Shown: positions 11,279 to 20,063 of the stretch, one piece after another
How positions within the stretch are numbered: the first letter of the stretch is position 1
Layout: the number at the start of each line of letters is the position of its first letter
Assembly: GCA_051879355.1 (NCBI GenBank)
Contig: JBJELU010000078.1
Span: forward strand, 33,762-97,761
DNA: 64,000 nt
Direction of reading: 5' to 3'
DNA from: Oliverpabstia sp.
GTDB taxonomy: Bacteria > Bacillota > Clostridia > Lachnospirales > Lachnospiraceae
The notes under the pieces: generated by a model
Told to the model about the DNA's origin: nothing
Databases searched by the model: none
Seen by the model: the letters and a program-made list of their open reading frames with translations, nothing else
Translations under genes and position numbers: made by a program

Positions 11279-12268
11279 TTAATTTCCTCCTAAAATTTTT
11301 TTCTGAATACGTATATCCTTGCCTATCAGTTTTATCATGGTATAACTGCTGGAAACTCTGGAAAATACTCTTTCCGAATAAGTATCCATAAAATTGCCAA
11401 GTGTAAGATTGGTTGAAATAATCGTTGATTTCTTTCGCAAAATCCTCTCATTGATGCAGAGAAAAAACTGAGATGCCACAAAACTGTTGGTAAGTTCCGT
11501 GCCAAGGTCATCAATGATGAGAAGATCACAGTCCAGAATATAATCATTCTCATCCTGAGACTCCTCTGTGCCGGAAAAAGTATTTTTGGCAAATGCGTCA
11601 AACAGATCGAAAGCAGAGTAGTAAATGACGCTGTGTGTGGAATCCAGCAGTTCCCGGGCAATACAGCAGGAAAGAAATGTCTTACCTGTTCCGGTGTCTC
11701 CATAGAAAAAGAGATTTTCGAAAGAATGATCAAAGTTACGCACAAAATCATGTGCCTTCTGCAGGGCGAGCTGTGCAGTCCGGCGTGCAGAAAGCCCCGT
11801 GGATTGGTTTATCATATCTTCAGGGTAATAGTCAAGAGAAAAATTGCTGAAACTTGTTTTATACAGTAATTCCCTGATATTTGACTGGGTATACAGCTGT
11901 TCACTGATCGCTTTTCGAAAACAAATACATTTTTTATTATCAACATAACCGGTATCCTGACAGATCGGGCAGGTATACTGCATCCGGAGATAATCTTCAG
12001 GGTATCCGTGTGAAATCAGAAGGCGGGTGCGTTCCTGTGAAAGCTGCCGGATTCGTTGATTGAGATTGAAATCCGGCCCTTCCGGTTCTCCCAGAAGAAC
12101 CCGGGCTTTCTTGAGGCTGGCAGAAGCAATCTCCCGGTCAATCTGTGCAAGACGCGGAATCTTTTCATATGCCTCACGGATTCGTTCATCCTGATCATGT
12201 TTGTTGCGCAGCTGAAGTTTCTGGTAATAGCGCATAAGCGCATCGTACTGACTGTTTCGTAGTGCCAT
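11279..12268 (-). CDS. DnaC/DnaI-like helicase loader ATPase
   Basis: Zn motif CPICQDTG...CIC; Walker A GDTGTGKT; LLIIDDLGTE; ISTNL; ERVFSR. Confidence 0.88.
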   Translation of the reverse strand: MALRNSQYDALMRYYQKLQLRNKHDQDERIREAYEKIPRLAQIDREIASASLKKARVLLGEPEGPDFNLNQRIRQLSQERTRLLISHGYPEDYLRMQYTCPICQDTGYVDNKKCICFRKAISEQLYTQSNIRELLYKTSFSNFSLDYYPEDMINQSTGLSARRTAQLALQKAHDFVRNFDHSFENLFFYGDTGTGKTFLSCCIARELLDSTHSVIYYSAFDLFDAFAKNTFSGTEESQDENDYILDCDLLIIDDLGTELTNSFVASQFFLCINERILRKKSTIISTNLTLGNFMDTYSERVFSRVSSSYTMIKLIGKDIRIQKKILGGN

Positions 12269-12316
12269 ATGGAAGCTTCTCCTTATTTGCAGCAGCAATC
12301 AGCGAAAACCTGGTGA

Positions 12317-13489
12317 TCAGGGCTGATTAAGCAGCTGGTTTTCCAGTTCATTATAGTTATAATCCCTCTGAGAAAAATTATTAAAGCGATTGCCGGAGCC
12401 GGAAGATGGGGTCCGGGTATTCTGCCGTGATTTTTGCTGCTCACGGTCTGCCTGAAGCTGACGGTGCAGAGTGTCAAGTGCCTGAATATCAGTAAGATGA
12501 CGAACCCCTTTGGCTTTCCAGTCGGCCAGAATCTTATCAGCATAGCGGAAATTTGCCTTTCCTGTCTGGGCAACCGTTCTGGTACAGGCTTCCGTGAGAA
12601 TATCCAGGGTAAAACCGTAATCTTTCATCCAGTGATTGATCATATTGATTTCGGAAGCTACCGGGTTGCGGTTGGAGATCCCGAATGCCTTCAGAATCGT
12701 AAAATAGTTCCGATGATAAGTTGTAGTTTCCTGCTTTGCTTTAGTGACCGAATCTATGCCTGCCTCGTGCCAGTTGAATGCCACTTTTTTTATATAGTGG
12801 ATATCTTTGCTTCCTTTAGAAACACAATATTCAATCAGATAATCAATCAAATCTACAGAAAAATGAAGCTGGTCATAGATATAAAGAAATTCATCGGTCA
12901 CGGTACGGGAAAGTGTAGTTCCCAAATACTGTTCAGCAATAAAAAGCATCTGGCGGACATCCTCTTCCTGTTGGAGTTCTTTGATCCGGTCAGCACTGAG
13001 CTTGCCGTTTTCCGGCTGCATCTGAATGGAATTTTCCGTAACTGCCGCTTCAGGATGCGGCTGTGACATCGGTGATATGCACCGGTTGTCCTGTTTACCT
13101 TGAACTTTTGCAGAACTCTTTCCGTCAGTTGCTTTCCGGGTATTCTTCGCAGTAGAAACAGTTTCCGGAGCAATTGATGAAGCCGGTACGGCAGATGGCA
13201 GTACAGGTTCCAGAAAATCGATGGATGTTACAGTATCTTTTCCGGCCAATGCCACCAACTGACGGGATTCCCAGTAACGGAGTGTCCGGAGAATATCGGA
13301 TTCGGTACAGCTGAAAACATCAGCCACAGCAGTAAGATCCAGATCTGTCTGGCCGCCGTTCAGGCAGCGGAGCAGATAAAGATAAATCTTAACAAATTCC
13401 CCATTGGCCTGGGGCATATAATAATCAATGAAAATATTGGAGATAATGGTGACTCCGATGGAGCTGCCATTATGTAAGGAAAGTTTCAT
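12317..13489 (-). CDS. DnaD/DnaB domain primosomal protein
   Basis: Two DnaB_C-like repeats (YIKKVAFNW and YADKILADW) and an N-terminal winged-helix-like region. Confidence 0.88.
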   Translation of the reverse strand: MKLSLHNGSSIGVTIISNIFIDYYMPQANGEFVKIYLYLLRCLNGGQTDLDLTAVADVFSCTESDILRTLRYWESRQLVALAGKDTVTSIDFLEPVLPSAVPASSIAPETVSTAKNTRKATDGKSSAKVQGKQDNRCISPMSQPHPEAAVTENSIQMQPENGKLSADRIKELQQEEDVRQMLFIAEQYLGTTLSRTVTDEFLYIYDQLHFSVDLIDYLIEYCVSKGSKDIHYIKKVAFNWHEAGIDSVTKAKQETTTYHRNYFTILKAFGISNRNPVASEINMINHWMKDYGFTLDILTEACTRTVAQTGKANFRYADKILADWKAKGVRHLTDIQALDTLHRQLQADREQQKSRQNTRTPSSGSGNRFNNFSQRDYNYNELENQLLNQP

Positions 13490-13550
13490 GGGAAATCACC
13501 TCAATCTGATATGTGTTCACGGGCATTCGCCCGATATTTATAAGTATAAC

Positions 13551-13577
13551 GTAACTATTCAGCTTTTGAACAGTTAC
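13551..13577. repeat. Short imperfect palindrome (REP-like)
   Basis: GTAACTATTCA-GCTTT-TGAACAGTTAC. Confidence 0.55.
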
Positions 13578-13639
13578 AGTATAGCATAATTGAAGAAGAA
13601 AGCAAATAGAGGTTTTTGTGTGGAATTATTAACCGTTTT

Positions 13640-13875
13640 TGTGGACAATGTGGATAATGTGGAGAAAATTCAGAAATGTCATTATTTGCAGCCTGGTGTT
13701 GTCGAAAAAGCTCGTATTTAAAAGGTTTTTGATTATTTTACTGGTATTTTATGTTAACAAAGTTATGCACACTGGAGTCCACAAATTTCTACAGAGAAAA
13801 TGTGTATAAATCTGTGGATAATGTGGATAACTAGCGGGAAGCCTTGAAAAATAAGGTTCTGGGGGATGTGTATAA
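13640..13875. promoter_or_regulatory. DnaA-box cluster (8 boxes) containing a Spo0A-box match
   Basis: TGTGGATAA at 13649, 13813 and 13822; TGTGGACAA at 13640; TGTGGAGAA at 13658; TGTGTATAA at 13801 and 13867; TTATGCACA at 13763; TGTCGAA at 13700. Confidence 0.8.
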
Positions 13876-14187
13876 AAAAATTTACTTGTTTTGTACCCTT
13901 TAGAAAAAATAAGGCTTCCCGGATGTGATTTTTCCTGTATTCGATTGCTTTCTCAGAGAAACTAAATGCATCGTAAATGCCAGGACGATATTCTCTATTG
14001 TAGTTTGTGTGGATATACGAGGATTACGCAGACCGTCAAGGAGACGCAGAATTAAACTTATTTTCTGGAAACAATTAGACGTAAAAAAAGCGTTGTGGAG
14101 AGCGTTACAGTATGCTATCATAGGTACATGAACAACCGTGTTACAGGGTGGCTGACCTCTATTCTACATAGAATGGGGGTGGTGCAG

Positions 14188-14271
14188 ATGAAGTTCGACT
14201 TTAAAGACTTAATGGCTTTTGGCATGTTCATCTTGGCATTACTGACATTCGTTTATTTGATTTGTCACTGA
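14188..14271 (+). CDS. Putative type I toxin, a 27-aa hydrophobic peptide MKFDFKDLMAFGMFILALLTFVYLICH
   Basis: Single TM-like peptide; SD-like GGGGGTGG inside a hairpin; extended -10 TGcTATCAT at 14113-14121; convergent antisense promoter. Confidence 0.75.
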   Translation: MKFDFKDLMAFGMFILALLTFVYLICH

Positions 14272-14279
14272 TGTTTTAA

Positions 14280-14380
14280 GGCATAGAAAACCACCCTCTA
14301 AACTTTGACCGAGTGTTAGGGTGGTAATTCTATTACAATTCTATCAAGGTCAACCTCTTGTGGGCGGTTGTTCCTTTTCT
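14280..14380 (-). ncRNA. Putative antisense antitoxin RNA (3' end uncertain)
   Basis: Minus-strand TTGAAA (14415-14410)-N17-TATATT (14392-14387) with extended TG; hairpin at 14290-14325. Confidence 0.6.
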
Positions 14381-14550
14381 ATTCTCAATATAGCATATCT
14401 GATGGTGGATTTCAAGGGTATTTTCGCCAACAAACTGGCGAATAGTTTCGGTGTAGTTACTGTCTGGCGGCAGGACTTTTGGAGAAAAATGTTAGGAAGT
14501 ACCGGAAGTAGTGAACCGTCCGAAATTCGGAAGCCTGCGTCCCTACTGGT

Positions 14551-15093
14551 CTAAAAATTTAGTTCTCCGAAGTCAATCACAAAATCCGGATAGATACCTG
14601 ATTGTACAGAGTCAGAAAATGAATATTCCAGAGTATCCTCGGATTCAAAGTTATATACCATGGTACGGCTTTTATCAGGATCCACAATCCAGTATTCACG
14701 GACACCTGCAGTTCTGTACTTGAACAGTTTTGTAAAGTAATCTGTTCGCCTGCTGCCGGGTGAGACAATTTCTATGATCCAGTCTGGAGCACCAATACAA
14801 CCCTTATCGTTCAGCTTGTTCTGGTCGCAAATAACGCTTATATCCGGCTCAACGTAGTTTTTATCGTTTTCGTTCAGAAACACGGCAAATGGGGCAATAT
14901 CGACCTCACAGGAGCCTCCTTTTTTGTCGATATAGTCTGCAATCTTGCGGTACAGTGTTCCTGCTATTCTCTGGTGTCTTCTGGTTGGTGGTGCCATGTA
15001 GTAGATCTGTCCGTCGATTAGTTCAGCCCGGATTCCTTCCGGCAGGTTATAAATATCCTCTATTGTATAAATTCTTTCTTGTGGTAGTGGCAT
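14551..15093 (-). CDS. Uma2 family (DUF820) PD-(D/E)XK endonuclease
   Basis: RAELIDG, EPDISV, APDWIIEIVSP and GVREYWIVDP motifs. Confidence 0.9.
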   Translation of the reverse strand: MPLPQERIYTIEDIYNLPEGIRAELIDGQIYYMAPPTRRHQRIAGTLYRKIADYIDKKGGSCEVDIAPFAVFLNENDKNYVEPDISVICDQNKLNDKGCIGAPDWIIEIVSPGSRRTDYFTKLFKYRTAGVREYWIVDPDKSRTMVYNFESEDTLEYSFSDSVQSGIYPDFVIDFGELNF

Positions 15094-15138
15094 GATAACA
15101 CATCCTTTCATAGATAGTATAGAGTAGCAGGGCAGCAG

Positions 15139-15235
15139 TTATTCAGATTTGTGGTTGTCTCGTTCCATTGTTTCTTTTACAGAACGTAGTATGAAACCAT
15201 TAACGCTTTCACCGGTGTTTTTAACATGATTTTTT
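15139..15235 (-). pseudogene. 3' remnant of a small ribbon-helix-helix DNA-binding protein gene
   Basis: Reads KNHVKNTGESVNGFILRSVKETMERDNHKSE*; no SD-associated start seen in frame. Confidence 0.5.
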
Positions 15236-15342
15236 GCAAGGTGGTATTCATAAAAATAGATGCACTTCTTCTCTTGTAGTTTAATGATACAATAAAAATC
15301 TATTGATGTAAATCTATTGGTGTAAATAGATATACAGTAACA

Positions 15343-15379
15343 AAAATCCTCCGTATACTCACAACATACGGAGGATTTT
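15343..15379 (-). terminator. Terminator of the ECF S-component gene
   Basis: AAAATCCTCCGTAT / ATACGGAGGATTTT. Confidence 0.8.
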
Positions 15380-15394
15380 CAGGATGTACCTGAT

Positions 15395-15922
15395 TTACTG
15401 ATGAGAAACCATGCTCATTTGCCTGATATCCGGTACTGCAATCAGGATTGGATACAATACCAGAGAGATGATTAAACCGCCTGCTCCCTGAATCAGGTTT
15501 GCAGGTATACTTGCTGCGGCACCCGCACCGTACATGAACAATTCGCAGATAAAGTATCCGCCGGCTACCAGTACGATGTCGGTGATACCGCCAAGTACCA
15601 CACAGATATAACGGCTTTTCTTAGTTTTTCCGAATCTCTGATAGATAATACCGGAGATCAGGGCAATCAGACCTTTGATAATCAGTGTGATTGGCACATA
15701 GATAAAGTATCCTCCCAGAAGGTCGGCCATAGCAGAACCGATACCTCCCGCCAGGAAGCCATATATCGGTCCAAGGATGATTCCGGAAAGAATGACAACG
15801 GCATCACCGGGGTGAATATATCCGTTTGTTCCCGGAGTGGGAATTCGGATCGACATAGTGGCTACACAGGCCAGAGCAGCAAACAGAGCTGTCATTACCA
15901 GTTTTTTTACATTCAGTTTCAT
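15395..15922 (-). CDS. ECF transporter S component (possibly for vitamin B6)
   Basis: Multi-TM protein with ALFAAL, GYIHPGD and GGIGSAMADL motifs. Confidence 0.85.
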   Translation of the reverse strand: MKLNVKKLVMTALFAALACVATMSIRIPTPGTNGYIHPGDAVVILSGIILGPIYGFLAGGIGSAMADLLGGYFIYVPITLIIKGLIALISGIIYQRFGKTKKSRYICVVLGGITDIVLVAGGYFICELFMYGAGAAASIPANLIQGAGGLIISLVLYPILIAVPDIRQMSMVSHQ

Positions 15923-16015
15923 ATTCTTACCTACTTTCTATTTTCTTATCCCATACCATACAGGAAAAATGGAATGAAAGAAATAGCCAGTTAAGATAAA
16001 AATAACCATACCAGT

Positions 16016-17374
16016 TTATGGGGTTGTCTGTTTCATTTCATTCAGTGTTTCAATACCCAGTGGAAGAGCCAGAATAAAGGAAGCAATATCAGCCACCGGC
16101 TGACTGAGCTGAATGCCGAAAAGTCCGAAAATAAGCGGCAGTATCAGAATCGCCGGAATAAAGAACAGTCCCTGTCTGGACATTGCCAGGAGGCTGGCTT
16201 TGAACGTTTTTCCGATAGTCTGGAGCATCATATTATTCAGGATGATCCAGCTCTGCAGCGGAAGAGTGATACACTGCAGACGGAGGGCCAGTGTTCCGAT
16301 CCGGATAACATCTGCATCATCTTTTCGGAAAACAGTAATCAGAGGTTCTGCGAAGATAAGTCCGGCCACAGCAAGAATACACAGAATGACCACTGCAATC
16401 TTCATGCTGAACCAGAAGGCTTCCCGTACCCGCTCATACTTTTTGGCGCCATAATTAAAGCCGCAGACAGGCTGAAATCCCTGCCCGAAACCAATTAATG
16501 CGGAAGCGGCAAAGAAACTGATTCTTGACACGATGGACGTGGCGGCGATGGCTGCATCCATATATGGCCGTGCTGCCAGATTCAATGCAATAACAGAAAT
16601 ACTGCCCAGTCCCTGGCGGAAAAGTGAGGGAAGTCCTCCCCCTGCAATCGTTGCCAGGCGTTCTCCGGATATACGAAAACAGGAAAGTCTGATCCGGATA
16701 TTTCCTCCGCGGCGAGTTCCCATCAGCAGCAGGCAAAAACTGACAAACTGACTGAAAATAGTTGCAATGGCAGCTCCCGATATTCCCAGATCAAAGACAA
16801 AGATCAGAATAGGATCCAGAATCATATTCAGAACTCCCCCGGTGCCGATGCCGATCATGGCAAAAAATGCACTTCCCTGAAAACGAAGTTGGTTGTTCAG
16901 AACGAGAGAGGCTGTCATCCACGGAGCACCCAGAAGAATAATGCGCAGATATGCCTTTACATATTCGATACTGGTAGGTGTTGCCCCCAGCAGATTGGCC
17001 AGTGGATTAATGAAAAGTAATCCCAGGCAGGTGATGCACAGACCTGTCAGAAGTGCCAGGAAAAATCCGGCAGAAGCCAGAAAAGAGGCTTCCTGAGTAT
17101 CCTGTTCTCCCAGCTTTCGTGACATGGAATTACCGGAACCGTGACCGAAGAAAAAGCCCAGTGCCTGAATGATGGACATCAGCGGAAAGACAATTCCCAC
17201 TGCGGCAGTGGCACTGGTACCGATCTGACCCACAAAAAAGGTGTCTGCCATATTATAGATAGAAGTGATCAACATACTGATAATGGTAGGAATGGCAAGT
17301 TTTCCCACAAGACCGGGAACCGGATCCTCGGTCATCATGCGGAACTTTTCTTCCTGTGTCTGAATGGTTTTCAT
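16016..17374 (-). CDS. MATE family efflux transporter
   Basis: YNMADTFFVG, NMILDPILI and GFNYGAKKYER motifs; about 12 TM helices. Confidence 0.92.
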   Translation of the reverse strand: MKTIQTQEEKFRMMTEDPVPGLVGKLAIPTIISMLITSIYNMADTFFVGQIGTSATAAVGIVFPLMSIIQALGFFFGHGSGNSMSRKLGEQDTQEASFLASAGFFLALLTGLCITCLGLLFINPLANLLGATPTSIEYVKAYLRIILLGAPWMTASLVLNNQLRFQGSAFFAMIGIGTGGVLNMILDPILIFVFDLGISGAAIATIFSQFVSFCLLLMGTRRGGNIRIRLSCFRISGERLATIAGGGLPSLFRQGLGSISVIALNLAARPYMDAAIAATSIVSRISFFAASALIGFGQGFQPVCGFNYGAKKYERVREAFWFSMKIAVVILCILAVAGLIFAEPLITVFRKDDADVIRIGTLALRLQCITLPLQSWIILNNMMLQTIGKTFKASLLAMSRQGLFFIPAILILPLIFGLFGIQLSQPVADIASFILALPLGIETLNEMKQTTP

Positions 17375-17504
17375 GTAAATGCCTCCTGATTTTCAAAGTT
17401 GTATTAATACAACTATACGACAAAAAAACATTTTCAGCAAGAAGTCAAAAAAATACCCCGGGGATTTTTACAAAATCCCCGGGGAAATATTATACAATTT
17501 TTAA

Positions 17505-17764
17505 TGCGCACCGCACCTCGAACTTCTCTCCCAGACGTTACTCCTACAGTTAACTCGGCCCAGGCACCCTTACGGCACACAGAGGATTCTGCTTAGTGCT
17601 GCTTCATTCCTGACCTGACACGGTTCACAGAGTTCTGTTGCGTAAGACCCAAACGTCAACGCCACTTATAGAAGGCAGCTCCACAAGAAAAAGCCCTCAG
17701 ATTGGTATCACCCCTGCTGTAGCGGATTGCAGGTACAGGGCACCGCTATCTCCCCGGCTGCGCA
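17505..17764 (-). ncRNA. ffs: Signal recognition particle RNA, large Bacillus-type with Alu domain
   Basis: Minus strand carries the helix-8 motif GTCAGGTCAGGAATGAAGCAGC and the 5' Alu-like GGGGAGATAGCGGTGCCCTGTACCTGCAATCCGCT; ends are complementary; promoter TTGACA (17799-17794)-N17-TATACT; downstream hairpin at ~17455-17484. Confidence 0.93.
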
Positions 17765-17900
17765 AAGTCAAGTATACCTGCTTTTCTGGCATTTGTCAAT
17801 TGAAAATTCAGATGATGAGGGGCTTTTACGGAGTGTGATGATTTGACAAACGGCAAAGCCGTGGTATGATGAAAGGAAAAAAGAGAAGGAAGAAACGAAA

Positions 17901-19031
17901 TTGAGATACAGTAAACCGGATTATTATGATCAGTTTCAGTGCATTGCCGGTAAATGTCCCGCCACCTGCTGTGCGGGCTGGCAGATTGTGATTGACGAGG
18001 ATTCATTGGAAAAATATGAGCAGGAGCAGGGAGCTTTTGGTAATCGGCTGCGCAATTCCATTGACTGGGAAGAGGGAATATTTTATCAGTATGGCCAGCG
18101 TTGTGCCTTTCTGAATGAAGAAAATCTTTGCGATCTGCATGCGGAACTGGGTGAGAATGCCCTTTGTGATACCTGCAGAAAATACCCCCGCCACGAGGAA
18201 GAGTTTGAGGGGCTGCGGGAGTATTCTTTATCTTTGTCCTGCCCGAAAGCAGCGGAAATCATGCTGACCAATTCTGAGAAAGTAAGGTTTATCCAGTGGG
18301 AGGATGAAGAAGGAGATGATTTTGAGGATTTTGACTATCTGATGTTTACCCAGCTGGAGGATGCCAGGGAGGTAATGTTTGGTATCATCCAGAACCGTGA
18401 GATTGATTTCCGTATCCGAATGATGAAAATCCAGGAGTTCGGGCTGGACTTGCAGCAGTGCATCGACGAGGATCGATTTTTCGATGTGGATGAAGTGACA
18501 GAACAGTATGCCAGATGGAGTAAAAACGGGTGGAAAGAGGAAAATGTAGAAATTCTTTTGTCAGATTCCGGTGATCCGGAACGGAAAAAACGGGAATTTG
18601 CTGTTTTTTATCAGATGGAACACCTGAATAAGAACTGGACGGTGCGTTTGGATAATACATACCATATTTTATTTGACCGGGGAAATACAGAATACATAAA
18701 ACAGTATCAGGATTTCCAGCAGCAATATGGATATGAAAGTGCGCATAAACAGGAATGGGAACGGCTGGGTGAACAGCTGCTGATGTTCTTTATTCATACG
18801 TATTTTTGTGGTGCCGTCTATGATGACCGGATTTACAGCAAAACAGCACTGGCGGTATTTTCCGTACAGTGGATTCAAGAATTTTTTATGGCACAGTGGC
18901 TGCAGCAAAACGGGCAGGCCGGGATGGAAGAATTTCTGGAGACATCATGGAGTTATGCCCGGGAAGTGGAGCATTCCGATCCCAACCTGGAACTGTTGGA
19001 GGACTTTATGGAAGAACTTGTAAAGTCCTGA
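17901..19031 (+). CDS. FliB-like flagellin lysine-N-methylase (Cys-cluster protein)
   Basis: PDYYDQFQCIAGKCPATCCAGWQI, CAFLNEENLC, CDTCRKYPRH and LSLSCP motifs; TTG start. Confidence 0.85.
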   Translation: MRYSKPDYYDQFQCIAGKCPATCCAGWQIVIDEDSLEKYEQEQGAFGNRLRNSIDWEEGIFYQYGQRCAFLNEENLCDLHAELGENALCDTCRKYPRHEEEFEGLREYSLSLSCPKAAEIMLTNSEKVRFIQWEDEEGDDFEDFDYLMFTQLEDAREVMFGIIQNREIDFRIRMMKIQEFGLDLQQCIDEDRFFDVDEVTEQYARWSKNGWKEENVEILLSDSGDPERKKREFAVFYQMEHLNKNWTVRLDNTYHILFDRGNTEYIKQYQDFQQQYGYESAHKQEWERLGEQLLMFFIHTYFCGAVYDDRIYSKTALAVFSVQWIQEFFMAQWLQQNGQAGMEEFLETSWSYAREVEHSDPNLELLEDFMEELVKS

Positions 19032-19035
19032 TGGA

Positions 19036-19923
19036 TTATCGGCTCTGATATTGACGGGGTGTGCAGCCCATCTGCTGATGAAATACTTTGGTATAATAGG
19101 ATGGACTGGAAAAGCCCACCAGGCTGGCAATCTCTGTGACAGAGTACCGTCCCTCCGCCAAAAGCGGGAGACTCTTTTCGATACGGTAGGAAAGAAGATA
19201 ATCAAAAAGAGATTCATTCATATGTTTTTTAAAAAAGCGACAACATTCACTCTGGCAGATATTGATATCCGCAGCAATATCGGCCAGGGTGATTTTTTCT
19301 GTATAATGTGTCTGCAGGTAGGAAAGGATTTTTTTCAGCCTGTCCATGTGCTTCAGATTTCCATTATCGGTGCTTTCCTGACGGGAGGAGGCATTTTCAC
19401 AGACAACCAGCCAGATCTGCGACAGCATCAGATGTAGACGCAATTCATAGGATGGACAGGAGTCGGAAGCCTGAGCCAGATTCCAGATATCGGAAAGAAT
19501 ATCCAGGATTTGCTTCTGCCAGGAAATATCCGGAGAAAAAGAAAGACCGGGCAGAGAAGCATTTTCCGTGATCCCCTGCACGTATTTAGTCTGTAAAATA
19601 CTGTTTTCATACCCATAAAGAAACCGTGGGTGAAACGTAACGGAAATATAGATACAGTCGGAATCATTGCAGGACGAGCCGGAATGGAGAATATTCGAGT
19701 TACAGAACAGTCCATCGCCCTGATGCAGATGATAAATGGTGTCATTGATCTGGTAAAACATCTCACCCTGGAGAACAATGGTCAGCTCGATTTCCTTATG
19801 CCAGTGCCAGAGAAACGATTTTCGTTCATAGCGGGAAAGCTGTTCGTAGCTGACATGAACAGGAAATTCATAGGTTCCGTGGGACTTTAATTCTTTTTGA
19901 TTGGTATCAAGATGTAATTGCAT
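19036..19923 (-). CDS. AraC family transcriptional regulator (cupin plus HTH)
   Basis: WHWHKEIE cupin motif; C-terminal GFSSPSYYTKVF...TPRQY. Confidence 0.92.
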   Translation of the reverse strand: MQLHLDTNQKELKSHGTYEFPVHVSYEQLSRYERKSFLWHWHKEIELTIVLQGEMFYQINDTIYHLHQGDGLFCNSNILHSGSSCNDSDCIYISVTFHPRFLYGYENSILQTKYVQGITENASLPGLSFSPDISWQKQILDILSDIWNLAQASDSCPSYELRLHLMLSQIWLVVCENASSRQESTDNGNLKHMDRLKKILSYLQTHYTEKITLADIAADINICQSECCRFFKKHMNESLFDYLLSYRIEKSLPLLAEGRYSVTEIASLVGFSSPSYYTKVFHQQMGCTPRQYQSR

Positions 19924-20063
19924 GGGAAAACCTCAATATATTAATAGAAGATGCAAAAATAGTTATTGTACTGTCTGATATTTCTCATTATAATGATAAT
20001 CAGAGAGAAGTCAAGTACAGGTATGCCCGGCATATCTGAATAAATAAAGTAAAGGAGAAGGTT

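Noticed and set aside
13640-13875. Calling the DnaA-box cluster oriC
   Set aside because: No dnaA, dnaN, rpmH or gidA nearby, and + strand gene bias on both sides; kept only as a non-origin cluster
13900-14554. Short ORFs 13900-14121, 13925-14131 and 14321-14554
   Set aside because: No SD or recognisable motifs; they overlap the TA promoters and hairpins
17638-17838. ORFs over the SRP RNA, the trp leader (21508-21987) and the met leader (55288-55674)
   Set aside because: Explained by structured RNAs
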